A stretch of 63,325 nt of DNA, the filler included, from Octopus bimaculoides (Eukaryota): the NCBI RefSeq assembly GCF_001194135.2. It is 5 parts of 4 records of this genome, joined end to end, with 100 filler letters (N's around TTAATTAATTAA, not from the genome) between each part and the next. Parts side by side here need not be neighbours in the genome. Positions count along the whole stretch, not along the records: positions 1 to 21,495 come from NC_068990.1; positions 21,596 to 52,196 come from NC_068990.1; 3 more parts are not named here. One strand, written 5' to 3'. The notes beneath the pieces were generated by a model, which did no database searches, was not told the origin of the DNA, and worked only from the letters and a program-made list of their open reading frames with translations. This document shows positions 11,574 to 24,800 of this stretch, one piece after another; within the stretch, counting starts at the first letter, position 1; each line of letters starts with the position of its first letter. The position numbers and the translations under genes were made by a program.

Positions 11574-11763
11574 TAAAGGAATGAAGTCTTTGTCCACTTT
11601 TATGTCATGTCTACAGACATGACAAGTCACTAGCTATGGCCGTTGCACAAAATACTGATAACTGAACAGGAAAATGGAAAAGTAGTATAAACACATAACA
11701 AGCATGGTGCATTACTTGGGTCATGTCTTGTTATGATTGAGAAAGGGACCAAAGAAAAACAGT

Positions 11764-12074
11764 TTGGATATGATTATCACGAACAGGACCAAAAACAAAA
11801 AAAAAATCCTGTGCTGCGATAGAGATCACAATCCCCTCTGATCAAGACATCATACAGAAAGTGATAATAACTTTATCAAAGTATAAGGATCTTAAAATTA
11901 TAAACGAACCAAGATGAATGCGAAACCACACCAATAATATTTGAGACACTAGTATGATACAAAAATGCATGACTAAACATATGAATTACCATCAAGTTTC
12001 ACATCTGTGCATACTGTCCAGAAATAACCTTGTTAGGTACAGCACATATCTTACATAACACATTTTCAATCTAA
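11764..12074 (+). mobile_element. Non-LTR retrotransposon relic: restriction-like endonuclease C-terminus (R4/Dong-type)
   Basis: Frameshifted pieces LDMIITNR / AAIEITIPSDQDIIQKVIITLSKYKDLKI / KTTPIIFETL / ITLLGTAHILHNTFSI* match the PD..D-x-IP...KLSKYKDL...GALG...LLGTAHILR pattern of REL elements. Confidence 0.75.
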
Positions 12075-12248
12075 TATAACTCAGTTCACACAATAATTTC
12101 TCAGTATGTCAAACAAATTATATAATAAGCAAATGAAAATGTAAGTTACATGGGCCCAAATCATACTGTTTTAAATACTAATATATATATGACTTACTAA
12201 ATGTGACAAGTGTCTCCTTCTTTTGTTGGTCCAGTTACACACACACAC

Positions 12249-12630
12249 AGTGCTGATCTCTGACTGTGGAGGGAACTTGTGGAAGAAGTAAACACAGGAA
12301 GACATGGGATGCGGTGGTGAAGCATGATCTTCACTTGTTGGGGCTCATAGAGGTAATGACAAGTGCCTGAAACCTTTGGCAGTATGTTGTGTGTGAGAAG
12401 AGTCGTTAAGCCAAATGAAATCACAGTCATGGCAGTTGCTGGTGTCATGCAAATGGCACCCATGCCAGTGGCACATAGAAAGCACCCACTACACTCTAGA
12501 AGTGGTTGGCATTAGGAAGAACATCCAGCCATAGAAACCATGCCAAATCAGACTCTGCAGCTTACCAGTTCTGGTCAGAACGTCTAACCCATGCCAGCAC
12601 CGAGAGCAGATGCTAAATGATGATGATGAT
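12249..12630 (+). mobile_element. RTE-clade LINE 3' end (ORF2 C-terminus, 3' UTR and (GAT)n tail)
   Basis: TVEGTCGRSKHRKTWDAVVKHDLHLLGLIEVMTSA*NLWQYVVCEKSR matches the RTE GRGRP.KTW...DR..W terminus. It ends in atgatgatgatgat. Confidence 0.8.
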
Positions 12631-14642
12631 GATATATATATGTATATATATATATANNNNNNNNNNNNNNNNNNNNNNNNNNNNNNNNNNNNNNNNNNNN
12701 NNNNNNNNNNNNNNNNNNNNNNNNNNNNNNNNNNNNNNNNNNNNNNNNNNNNNNNNNNNNNNNNNNNNNNNNNNNNNNNNNNNNNNNNNNNNNNNNNNNN
12801 NNNNNNNNNNNNNNNNNNNNNNNNNNNNNNNNNNNNNNNNNNNNNNNNNNNNNNNNNNNNNNNNNNNNNNNNNNNNNNNNNNNNNNNNNNNNNNNNNNNN
12901 NNNNNNNNNNNNNNNNNNNNNNNNNNNNNNNNNNNNNNNNNNNNNNNNNNNNNNNNNNNNNNNNNNNNNNNNNNNNNNNNNNNNNNNNNNNNNNNNNNNN
13001 NNNNNNNNNNNNNNNNNNNNNNNNNNNNNNNNNNNNNNNNNNNNNNNNNNNNNNNNNNNNNNNNNNNNNNNNNNNNNNNNNNNNNNNNNNNNNNNNNNNN
13101 NNNNNNNNNNNNNNNNCACTAAAAACAATACATTACATTATATAACTATATTTTTCCATTTATTTCCACAATTTACTCATATCCTTAAAAATAATATGAG
13201 AAAAACAAATAAATAATATTTAAAATGAGGAATTTTTTCATATCTATGTGACCTTTATTATTATTATTGATATATTTTAAAGATTTTTTTTCTATGTAAG
13301 GGGAGATTATGTACGACTGAATTGACCCCAGTATATTGGCAGTCAGCTTTGGGTAATGCTTTCAGTAAAAACATCTTTGTGAAGATTTTTGTATTCATAT
13401 TCTTAAATGTAAAGATTTTCTCTTCTTTGGTTTATTTCTACTTCAGCTTTCTTGTTTTGTCATTTTGTTGTTGTTTTTTTTGTTTTTTGTTTCTTTTTCT
13501 TTTGTATTTAGCTTCAATTGAAAATTTCTGAGAAAAGTTACTTCTTGTCTTTGAAATGTCTGGATTATTTATGTTTTAACCAACTTCTACATGTGTTATT
13601 TTGTGTGTGTGTGCATATGTGTGTGTGTGCATATGTGTGTGTGTGTGCATATGTGTGTGTGTGTGTGTGTGAGGAGGAATTTAGTCTCGACCAGTCGTTG
13701 GTGTTGTTATTGTCAAGTAGCCTTGGCTAGTTCTATTTGACAAGCAATGAAAGGAAGCAATCAGATGGCTAAAAGCCAACCCTCAACAGTCCCATACTGC
13801 AGATATCAAATATATGAAATACTGGCTTGACGAGATTTGAACATCTTAGCTTTACGTTACAGCTTGTTTTAGTATTCACTGCTGAAGTGAAAGCGTAGCC
13901 ATCACTCACATGCATGTATGATTTGACAGTATGTACCTTGCTTTTATTGTTTCAGATACCATTATAGTCACAAGAAGATATAGACATCCTCTAATACCAT
14001 CTCACTGTTGATCCAATGAAACATTAATAATGTGATAGGAGGGAGTTTTCAAAGACACATTCTATCATCAGCACCATTATTTGAACCCACAATGTTATAA
14101 TCACGAGGTCAATAGCCCAAACCACTAAGCCACTCACCTTCCAGTGTGGTAACAGTTATAAAACAGTATCCATTTGTTAAGCAGGGGAGAATTTGCGGTG
14201 ACAGTAAGTTGATCTAATTGTTGTTGTTATTCCAGGTTAGTCCTGGCTAAACATACCCATAGTCAAAGGCATTCAAGTTATGACCAACACATCTTTTATC
14301 ACAGATATTGCATATTTAGGCAACATTATTCAATGTGTTCTTGTTTAAGGACTGCTTTATTGAAGGAGACTTCCAGCAGTTCATGTGATCACATAGAGAA
14401 ACATGTGTTGATTCAAATTGAGTAGACTGATCATAGCTAGTTGGGTACAGAGATGACTTGGTACCCATTTTAATGTGTTGTAATATGAAGCAGCTTGCTG
14501 CAGTGGGCAACAAAAAAATAAATACTCTGCATGACTAATTTTAACATCTTGTTCATAGAGATGCCAGCTAAATGAAGAGGAAGCAAAGCCCTGGCAGAGA
14601 GGCACACAAAGGAAACATAGAACTGTATTGTGGTATAGGTGC

Positions 14643-14968
14643 AGGAGTGGCTGTGTGGTAAGTAGCTTGCTTACCAACCACATGGTTCCGGGTTCAGTCC
14701 CACTGCATGGCATCTTGGGCAAGTGTCATCTACTATAGCCTCGGGCTGCCCAAAGCCTTGTGAGTGGATTTGGTACATGGAAACTGAAAGAAGCCTGTCA
14801 ATGCTAGTGTGTTTATGTCCCTGTCAGTTAGCAGTTTGGCAAGAGAGACCGATGGAATAAATACTAGGCTTACAAAGAATAAGTCCTAGGGTCGATTTGC
14901 TCGACTAAAGGTGGTGCTCCAGCATGGCCACAGGCAAATGACTGAAACAAATAAAAGAATAAAAGAAT
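14643..14968 (+). mobile_element. SINE family A with CpG-decay substitutions
   Basis: Homologous to 1073-1461 and 52372-52736, but with CG>CA/TG changes (ctgcatggc, ttagcagtt, aaggtggtg, ggccacagg). Confidence 0.9.
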
Positions 14969-16331
14969 ACTAACTAACACAATTCCAAGCCTTTAATTTA
15001 TTCAGGAGAATGACAACACTTATGATCGAAGTAACACTAGCTATGACCATCTCATTTTCTACAAAATAAGTCATTTTAGATTACATTATTTCATATCCCT
15101 TCTCTTCTCATGTAAATGCAAGACAGAATTGACTGCTATTTCTAGCATGCCAAAGACTAATAGGAAAACTACTGTATTGGCCCAGAACAAGCACAGATCA
15201 TGAAAGCTTTGTAGTATTATACAGATTTGAATGAGATGCAATATAATAGATAGTCAAGTGGGATATTGTGATGTTCATGGTTTACCTATGCAGTTCTTTC
15301 CAATTAAGCATAAGATGGAGTTATATCCATGAAAAAAAAAAAGTTTTTAAAAATTAGGCAACTCTAAAACTCGCATATTTCGAAAAGTAAAGATTAGAAT
15401 TTTTATGTGATTTAGGTAGAAGAAATAGATTTTGGGACAAGAGTTTATTTTGAAATAAGTTTCTGCAGGAATATTTCAAAGACTTAAGGCTAATCCAAAA
15501 TCGTGTTTTACTTACATTTTCGATAGAGAATCAGTTTATTTACCAGGTAGATTAATTCAAAAAGCTTTGTTTTTAATACTTATATTTCTTTTAGGTTTGA
15601 ATACGTACAATATGTTTATATAGACACACACATAGACACAAAGGCATAATTATGTATTTGTGCGAAAGTGGGGAGTGTATATGTCTACAATACAGCAATG
15701 CATGCATATTTACATATATTTATATATATATATATATATTTCTTTTTATACATATACTTATGTACATATGTATACATATGCACAATATCTCTATATGTAT
15801 TTATATATGCATATATATGTGTATATATGGTTATATATAAGACTGTCAAGCTATCTACCTTATATAATAATATTACATATCTAATATACATGGGCACACA
15901 CATATATACAACTTCATTTATACACACAGACTTTTAAACATGCTCAAACGTCCAAAAAGCACACTCACATGAACATATTTAAGTATATATCTATACATGA
16001 TGGAGAAAACATTCACAAATATACTGGGCATTAAATTTTTTTCTTTGCAATGTCGAACAAAACGGTAGTTTGAAATTTTCTGTATTTGGGGGAAATTTTT
16101 TTATTATATTTTGATTATTTTACTTTTTCCCTACGGTAGATCATATTTTTAGAATTTCCATAGTTTAGAGAGACTCCTAAAACTTTGAAACATTCTATTT
16201 TCCCACTGCATTCTCCCAACATCCCATTACATACATTTTATATGGGAATCTGTATGACAATTTAAAAAACAAATATACTCCATTCATGTGATAAACATAT
16301 AAAACAAAATATAGGGTATACATAAAATATG

Positions 16332-16411
<80 letters not shown>

Positions 16412-16740
16412 TACATACATACACACACACACATGAACACATACATAGTGACAGACAAAACATAAAACAGACTCATGACACAACTTTTGTATGCAGATAC
16501 AAAAGCTACCTCATGCACTTTTACACACATCACACATACATACACACATAAACACAGGTACACACACAAACACAAACAAATTAAATAAAAAAAAATAGCA
16601 TTCATAACAGAAGAAAGAATGGTCTCGCAAACTACCTATTTGCTTTTCAATTTATATATGTACATATATATATTTCGATATGAATACACATATCTTTATA
16701 TACATATATATATATCTTTACATGTGTTTCTATATGTATG

Positions 16741-16789
<49 letters not shown>

Positions 16790-19564
16790 NNNNNNNNNNN
16801 NNNNNNNNNNNNNNNNNNNNNNNNNNNNNNNNNNNNNNNNNNNNNNNNNNNNNNNNNNNNNNNNNNNNNNNNNNNNNNNNNNNNNNNNNNNNNNNNNNNN
16901 NNNNNNNNNNNNNNNNNNNNNNNNNNNNNNNNNNNNNNNNNNNNNNNNNNNNNNNNNNNNNNNNNNNNNNNNNNNNNNNNNNNNNNNNNNNNNNNNNNNN
17001 NNNNNNNNNNNNNNNNNNNNNNNNNNNNNNNNNNNNNNNNNNNNNNNNNNNNNNNNNNNNNNNNNNNNNNNNNNNNNNNNNNNNNNNNNNNNNNNNNNNN
17101 NNNNNNNNNNNNNNNNNNNNNNNNNNNNNNNNNNNNNNNNNNNNNNNNNNNNNNNNNNNNNNNNNNNNNNNNNNNNNNNNNNNNNNNNNNNNNNNNNNNN
17201 NNNNNNNNNNNNNNNNNNNNNNNNNNNNNNNNNNNNNNNNNNNNNNNNNNNNNNNNNNNNNNNNNNNNNNNNNNNNNNNNNNNNNNNNNNNNNNNNNNNN
17301 NNNNNNNNNNNNNNNNNNNNNNNNNNNNNNNNNNNNNNNNNNNNNNNNNNNNNNNNNNNNNNNNNNNNNNNNNNNNNNNNNNNNNNNNNNNNNNNNNNNN
17401 NNNNNNNNNNNNNNNNNNNNNNNNNNNNNNNNNNNNNNNNNNNNNNNNNNNNNNNNNNNNNNNNNNNNNNNNNNNNNNNNNNNNNNNNNNNNNNNNNNNN
17501 NNNNNNNNNNNNNNNNNNNNNNNNNNNNNNNNNNNNNNNNNNNNNNNNNNNNNNNNNNNNNNNNNNNNNNNNNNNNNNNNNNNNNNNNNNNNNNNNNNNN
17601 NNNNNNNNNNNNNNNNNNNNNNNNNNNNNNNNNNNNNNNNNNNNNNNNNNNNNNNTATATAAATGTAAATATAAGTACACATATACATAGATGTCTATTT
17701 GCAAACACATGCATCTAACACACACTTAAATGTGTATATAAATATATGTGTATCTACACATGTATATGTAAATTGTGTATATATATTTATGCATTTATAT
17801 ATACATCTATACATATCTTATACATATCTATATTTATATTTATTCATATGCACGAACAAGAAGAAGCACGTGACCAGGTGTGTGTGTATGTACATGTATA
17901 TATGCATGTGCGTGTATATATGTATATGTATATGTATATGGAGACATAGGATATAAATTCTTATAAATATACATATATACATGAACTAATATATTTGTAT
18001 ATGTGTAAATATATGTTACTGTAAGTGCTTAAAAACTTATATGCACATATATTTTAAACTATGTATTACAATGACATATTTCTTTAATATGTCTCTGATT
18101 ATACATGAATTGATACGCACGTGCTCACACACACATGCACACACTCACACACATGCACACATATATATATGTATATATATATAAATACAGAAATATAAAT
18201 CTATTTTATTTTCTCCATTGTGAGACATTATAACTTGCTTTCATGCTGATTTGATTTCTATTAAGTTTCTTTACCATATTTTATTCATATATCTGTTTTT
18301 ACTTTTGAAAAATATTTCAAGGGGAAGAAGGAGAAAAAAAATATTGTATAAATATTTATGTGATTATATTTGTATATACACACATTAAGTTTAGTCACTT
18401 TCTCTCAATATATGCATCTAGAGATATGTGTATATTGTGCAAAGCAGGGATGTAAGTTCTTTTATATTGTCCTTCAGTGGCAGCTTGATTTCTCTCTTTT
18501 AATATAGTTTTGTTTATATCTACAAAGACATACATATATATATATACATATAGACATAGGAACTCATATATAGATAAAGACATACAAACACAAATACATA
18601 TATAGAGGTACATACTCATTCTCTCACACTGTCGCATAGTTTTACTTAATGCATGTTTTTGCATATATAAATATACACATATACATACATGCATGCATAT
18701 ATATACATGCATATAGATAGATAAATATATAGGAAAGTAAATATATGCCCTAACTCTACATGCTATATACACTACTTCCAAAATTTATATTTTCATATAA
18801 GGATTTTATTTGAGCTCACTGTCACACTTTCTCTCTCTCAGCCCATCTCTCTTCCACTTTCTCACTATATGTACTAATGCATGTATATATATATATAGAT
18901 ATATATACGGAGATATATGTGCATATATATATGTGTGTGTGCATGTGTGTGTGAGTGTGTGTGTTTGTGTGTATGTACATATGTATATATATATAGCTAT
19001 GTATGCATATCCTACTTCTCTGTCTGTCACACACATGTGCATATAAACATCAACAATGGCATATGCAACTTTACATACATACAAGCAAGTGTATTCAGGA
19101 CAAAAAAATTACTGTAGATCACATGCACTCTAATACAACCTATATATATATATAAACATACATGCATGTATGTGTATAATATACATATAATATAGATACA
19201 TATATATACATATATATATATGAATATATATTATATATATCTTTATATATTTATATTCAAGTCAATATATGTGGGGTGGAGGAGTGTTTGTGTATACACA
19301 CACGTTCAGTTCTATATTTGTAGATTACATTTTTAGTTTGAGTGTATGAGATTTTCTTCTCCATGTGTATAACTGTGTGATTAAAGGTAGGCAACTTAAA
19401 TGCCACAATTTTAGTTTTTGAAAACGGATTATCAGATTATATAACAATTTTCTAATGTTTCAGGTATATATACATGTATATACATGTATTTGTGTGTTCA
19501 TGTGGGCATGTGTATGTATGTGTGTAATGTACATGTGTTTATATGTGTAAATGTATATATATAC

Positions 19565-19601
<37 letters not shown>

Positions 19602-20688
19602 NNNNNNNNNNNNNNNNNNNNNNNNNNNNNNNNNNNNNNNNNNNNNNNNNNNNNNNNNNNNNNNNNNNNNNNNNNNNNNNNNNNNNNNNNNNNNNNNNNN
19701 NNNNNNNNNNNNNNNNNNNNNNNNNNNNNNNNNNNNNNNNNNNNNNNNNNNNNNNNNNNNNNNNNNNNNNNNNNNNNNNNNNNNNNNNNNNNNNNNNNNN
19801 NNNNNNNNNNNNNNNNNNNNNNNNNNNNNNNNNNNNNNNNNNNNNNNNNNNNNNNNNNNNNNNNNNNNNNNNNNNNNNNNNNNNNNNNNNNNNNNNNNNN
19901 NNNNNNNNNNNNNNNNNNNNNNNNNNNNNNNNNNNNNNNNNNNNNNNNNNNNNNNNNNNNNNNNNNNNNNNNNNNNNNNNNNNNNNNNNNNNNNNNNNNN
20001 NNNNNNNNNNNNNNNNNNNNNNNNNNNNNNNNNNNNNNNNNNNNNNNNNNNNNNNNNNNNNNNNNNNNNNNNNNNNNNNNNNNNNNNNNNNNNNNNNNNN
20101 NNNNNNNNNNNNNNNNNNNNNNNNNNNNNNNNNNNNNNNNNNNNNNNNNNNNNNNNNNNNNNNNNNNNNNNNNNNNNNNNNNNNNNNNNNNNNNNNNNNN
20201 NNNNNNNNNNNNNNNNNNNNNNNNNNNNNNNNNNNNNNNNNNNNNNNNNNNNNNNNNNNNNNNNNNNNNNNNNNNNNNNNNNNNNNNNNNNNNNNNNNNN
20301 NNNNNNNNNNNNNNNNNNNNNNNNNNNNNNNNNNNNNNNNNNNNNNNNNNNNNNNNNNNNNNNNNNNNNNNNNNNNNNNNNNNNNNNNNNNNNNNNNNNN
20401 NNNNNNNNNNNNNNNNNNNNNNNNNNNNNNNNNNNNNNNNNNNNNNNNNNNNNNNNNNNNNNNNNNNNNNNNNNNNNNNNNNNNNNNNNNNNNNNNNNNN
20501 NNNNNNNNNNNNNNNNNNNNNNNNNNNNNNNNNNNNNNNNNNNNNNNNNNNNNNNNNNNTATATATATATATATATATAATGTTATAAATGAATATGTAT
20601 ATATGTGTGTTTATGTGTGGGGATTTATAGATATGTATTATAGTTTATATAAATACTCATCTCCCTTTCCCCCTCTCCCTCTCTCTCC

Positions 20689-20728
<40 letters not shown>

Positions 20729-20990
20729 GTGTGTGTGTAATATTCATATGTGTGTGTATAAATGGTTACATAAAACTTGTAGTGCTCATATTTGAAATCC
20801 TATATAAGTGAGTATGGAAAAATATAAGAGATATAAATGTAAATTGATGGAAAATATATTCACATACGTATTCTTTCGTTTTCAGGTATATACTTACCTA
20901 TACACTTTATATAATCCAAGAAACATTTATGACTATAGAAAAATACAATTCATTTTCTCATTTTTTCTCTTTCAGTTCATTTTAATCATT

Positions 20991-21021
<31 letters not shown>

Positions 21022-21462
21022 TGTATATTTGTATGTCTGTATGTATGTATGCATATACATGTGTACGTATGTGTGTGTTTAAGCATGGATAATTTTGCTT
21101 TCTTCTTTGTAGATTTTCAGGTAGAGGGAGAGGAAAAGTAAGAATCAACTTCAAATCCATAAATAAAAAAAATATGTATATTCTCCCGTCCTACCATGAA
21201 CCAATAGGAGGGTGGTGGTGGGGTGGGGGGCATGCTTCACATCAGAGGAAATAATATGAAATCAAAACTAATATCTTGAAATAATTCTAAAATAAACTGG
21301 ATAAATAAAGAAGAAAAAAAATGGCAGTCACGGATGTAAACATTGAAGTCTTATTTTCATAAAAGGTGGAAAAAAATAATAAACATTTTGAAGAGTTTCA
21401 GCTTTTTATCTTTTTCTCTTCTCTCTTTCTTACTCTCTTTCTCTCACTTAATGTACATATAC

Positions 21463-21495
<33 letters not shown>

Positions 21496-21595
21496 NNNNN
21501 NNNNNNNNNNNNNNNNNNNNNNNNNNNNNNNNNNNNNNNTTAATTAATTAANNNNNNNNNNNNNNNNNNNNNNNNNNNNNNNNNNNNNNNNNNNN
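21496..21595. other. Artificial 100-bp scaffold join (44 N + TTAATTAATTAA + 44 N)
   Basis: Identical structure at four places. The 12-mer gives stop codons in all six frames. Confidence 0.9.
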
Positions 21596-21679
21596 TCTTG
21601 AAACATACATCGTAGTCTTCAAAAGAAGAAATAGTTGCATCCTTCAGCATTAAATGGAATGGAATAGCCCCAGATTATT

Positions 21680-21890
21680 CTTTTCTACTCTAGGCGCAAG
21701 GCCCGAAATTTTGGGGAGGGAGCCAGTCGAATTGATCGACCCCAGAGTGTAACTGGTACTTATTTAATCGACCTCGAAAAGATGAAAGGCAAATCACCTC
21801 GGCTGAATTTGAACGCAGAACGTAGTGTCAGACGAAATACCGCTAAGCATTTCGCCCGGCGTGCTACCGTTTCTGCCAGCTCGCCACCTT
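21680..21890 (-). mobile_element. SINE family B (tail B2), full length, with 16-bp TSD
   Basis: Flanked by atagccccagattatt (21664-21679) and atagcccaagattatt (21891-21906). Confidence 0.92.
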
Positions 21891-24800
21891 ATAGCCCAAG
21901 ATTATTACAAACAGGACTGAGAAGCAAAAGAATACCTCCACCCACTCAGTGACTGGAATAACAAAAACGATGCAAATAGCTTTGTGTAGTAATATTTTCT
22001 GAAGTACGGTGCGGATTAACGACACACACACACACATACACACACACACACACACACACAGTAATATTTCACTTAGGGTTTGCGAAAGCGCTAACCTGAT
22101 GTAGAACTCAGTACCTCGTATATATGTGTTTCGGAACGAATTACTGGCTGAATATACAGCGATAATAAAACAGAGAGATGACAAAAGAATAAAGGATTGC
22201 CTTATGAAAATAATTAGCTTACGGCTCTTCTTTCTGCTATAAGAATCATTGGACTCATACTTGAGATGTATATATTATGCACATGCGTATATGTATATGC
22301 TCTAACTAACTTTGCAATTGCATACAATTTCAGTGTGATTGGAGACAGATCTAATCTAACGTCTGACGTGTTAAAAGTTTCTAGACAGGTGCCAATAAGT
22401 TTAGGTTTGGGGGTCCTTAAATATGCCTACCAGACCATCTCCACATCTATTTATGCACTGGTTATTGAAATCGGGAAAAATCACATTTGGATTATTGTGG
22501 ATGAAGTATTTCACTAATTGTTTAGCACAGAATTGGAGGTTCGGTGTTACAAAGTGTATGGAAAATAACAACGTAATTTTAATTTGTATATCGTGTATTG
22601 TTACATTTAAAATATATTCCTGTTTTTAACATAACCATGAGGGTATACTCTCGGTATCTACCGCAGTTTAGAATTTATGGAGATTATAGAATTTTGGAAA
22701 GGGCCATTCTAAATCTTGTGCTTAAAAGAATCAGATTCTCATAGGTATGCTCAATATTTCTGTGAGAATTCCCTGGGTCGTAGAATGTATGTAAAGTTTC
22801 TCCTAATATTCTTGTTATGTATGCCTGGGATTCATTTTCCGAAGTTCATCGAGAAATTTTGGGAATGGCATTTTTAAAGATATTAAAGATATATACCACT
22901 TTATTATTTTGGAGTAGATAAATGCGGCTGGTGGATGGAATTCCTTTCGGTTCCTTACCTGTTAAGTTCAATTGCCTCCTTGATCAACTTTCTCTCTCAG
23001 TGTTTCGGGAACGAGGAAGCAACAGCCAGGTGAGCCCCGGAGTCGATATAATCGACTTGTTCCACTCTCCATAAAAGCTGCTGGCCTTGTGCTAGAATTT
23101 GAAATCTTTACACTTTGGGAGTAGATAGAGTAGCAAGTTTTGTCGTAAATATGACACATAAATTTTGTTTTTCATACGTGATGGTGCGAAAATTTTTATG
23201 AATAATACCTTATAATCAACACACCGAAGTTAACTCATCTACACGCACATACATATACACTCCTGAATATATAATAATACTTTACATTTCACGTTATAAA
23301 TTATCTTCATTTGTCATAGCAGGGGTGCGACAGGTCTGCAAGTTCAGACATTTAACAGATTTATTAAAGCTATAAATATTACTTTATTACTTCTCTATAG
23401 TGTTAGATGTACACACTTCATTTTATAATACTGCTCACTCAGCCAAGAAATATGAATAGCATCGATCTTTTTTTTCTACTTCTTTACAGTTAGCAGCGAC
23501 GGATTACGTGAAAAAATAAAACAAAACAGAAGTTTATGAATATAAACATTTAATAACAATGCCATTGTCAGAGATTCAACAATGGACGTTTAAGATCAAT
23601 GATGCCAACATCTAAATACATAATTATTTACCAGCTAATGTTGCGGCCCCATACGCAACCACTCGCCTTGCTGAAAGAACCGATTAACCCTTAATTCACT
23701 CTCCATTGCTTAACAAAGGAAAGCAAACTGGACTGTTACGTCGTGGGTCCTGGTTGCAGTATTTGAGTAAAATAGGAAAGGACGTGACTTGAAACTGTTT
23801 CGTTATAGTTCAGTGAAGTAATGTTAACCACGTAATTGTTATTTATACTTTTGTTTATATAAATACTTAGCAATGATGCTTCCGCCTGGATTATGAAATA
23901 AAATATCAGATGTTATGAAAGGGAGGATAACAATAATTCCGAAATCATAATAAGTAATAAATTCTTACTTAAATTCAAACGTGAACTGTTAGGAGGAAAG
24001 TTGCAAGTAGTCGATTATATATATACATACATATATACGTACATACATACATACATACATACATACATGCATACATACATACATACATACAGTAAAATAT
24101 GATATACGTTTAATGCATTTTTCTAATATATAAAATAGAAATGAATGCGTATTCACTTTTCATGCGAAAACAACTTCACCTATTACTTCCATGCTGGTGA
24201 TGGATGGATAATTTAACCTCGTACATATAATAGGGTCTTCATTTGATTTGTTTATTAAAAATTATCAAAAATAAAAAAATATTGCTTTTAATATTACATT
24301 CACCTCGAACAAAGATTTTAAAATATTTACTTCCGATTTTCTAACTTCAGTGATGTAAGATATTACTTTATGTATATCTCTCTATCTATCTCTATCTCTC
24401 TGTAACATTTCTCTCTATGTATATCTCTCGTTTTGACTTTCATTTTTCAGACGCTGTTCTTTTCACTTTCCATATTCATACGCCATAGTTTAACTTCCAT
24501 GTTATTGTCTTCACTGTAAGTCGAAGTTTTGAATCGCTATTTACAAACAAACAACGACAAATTACTGACAGAAAGAAGTTCACAGTATTGATATCATTTC
24601 ATAATCTACTGACAGAAAAATCTTAATAAATTTCACTACAGTCCGTACGGTTTTGTGTTTTTCTGTTGTTGACGGTTTCTTTCTCATTCCTTCGACACTG
24701 GCTTTTTGGTTCACTGAGTGACAAATTTTGCTTCAACCCGTACAATACTTCATTTTCCGTTAAAATGTTTTATTTAATTTCTGTCCGTCGTATTAAGAAA

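Noticed and set aside
14025-14080. Minus-strand CTGATGA...GAAA near 14040-14071
   Set aside because: There is no 10.1-11.1 pair and no NUH triplet in register with stem I, so it is likely chance.
14139-14214. Minus-strand exon candidate with AAG|GTGAGT donor
   Set aside because: The acceptor is poor and abuts a SINE (CAA)n tail, and the peptide is unrecognised.
18421-18450. 30-nt plus-strand micro-exon candidate (RYVYIVQSRD)
   Set aside because: The acceptor is mediocre, it is embedded in low-complexity sequence, and it conflicts in strand with the other candidate.
15585-21125. AG|GT juxtapositions (15594, ~19464, ~20885, ~21120) as recursive splice sites
   Set aside because: The donors are weak (GTTTGA, GTATAT, GTAGAG) and expected by chance in T-rich sequence.
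21540-21551. TTAATTAATTAA as a biological motif
   Set aside because: It is always centred in exactly 44+44 N, so it is an assembly spacer.
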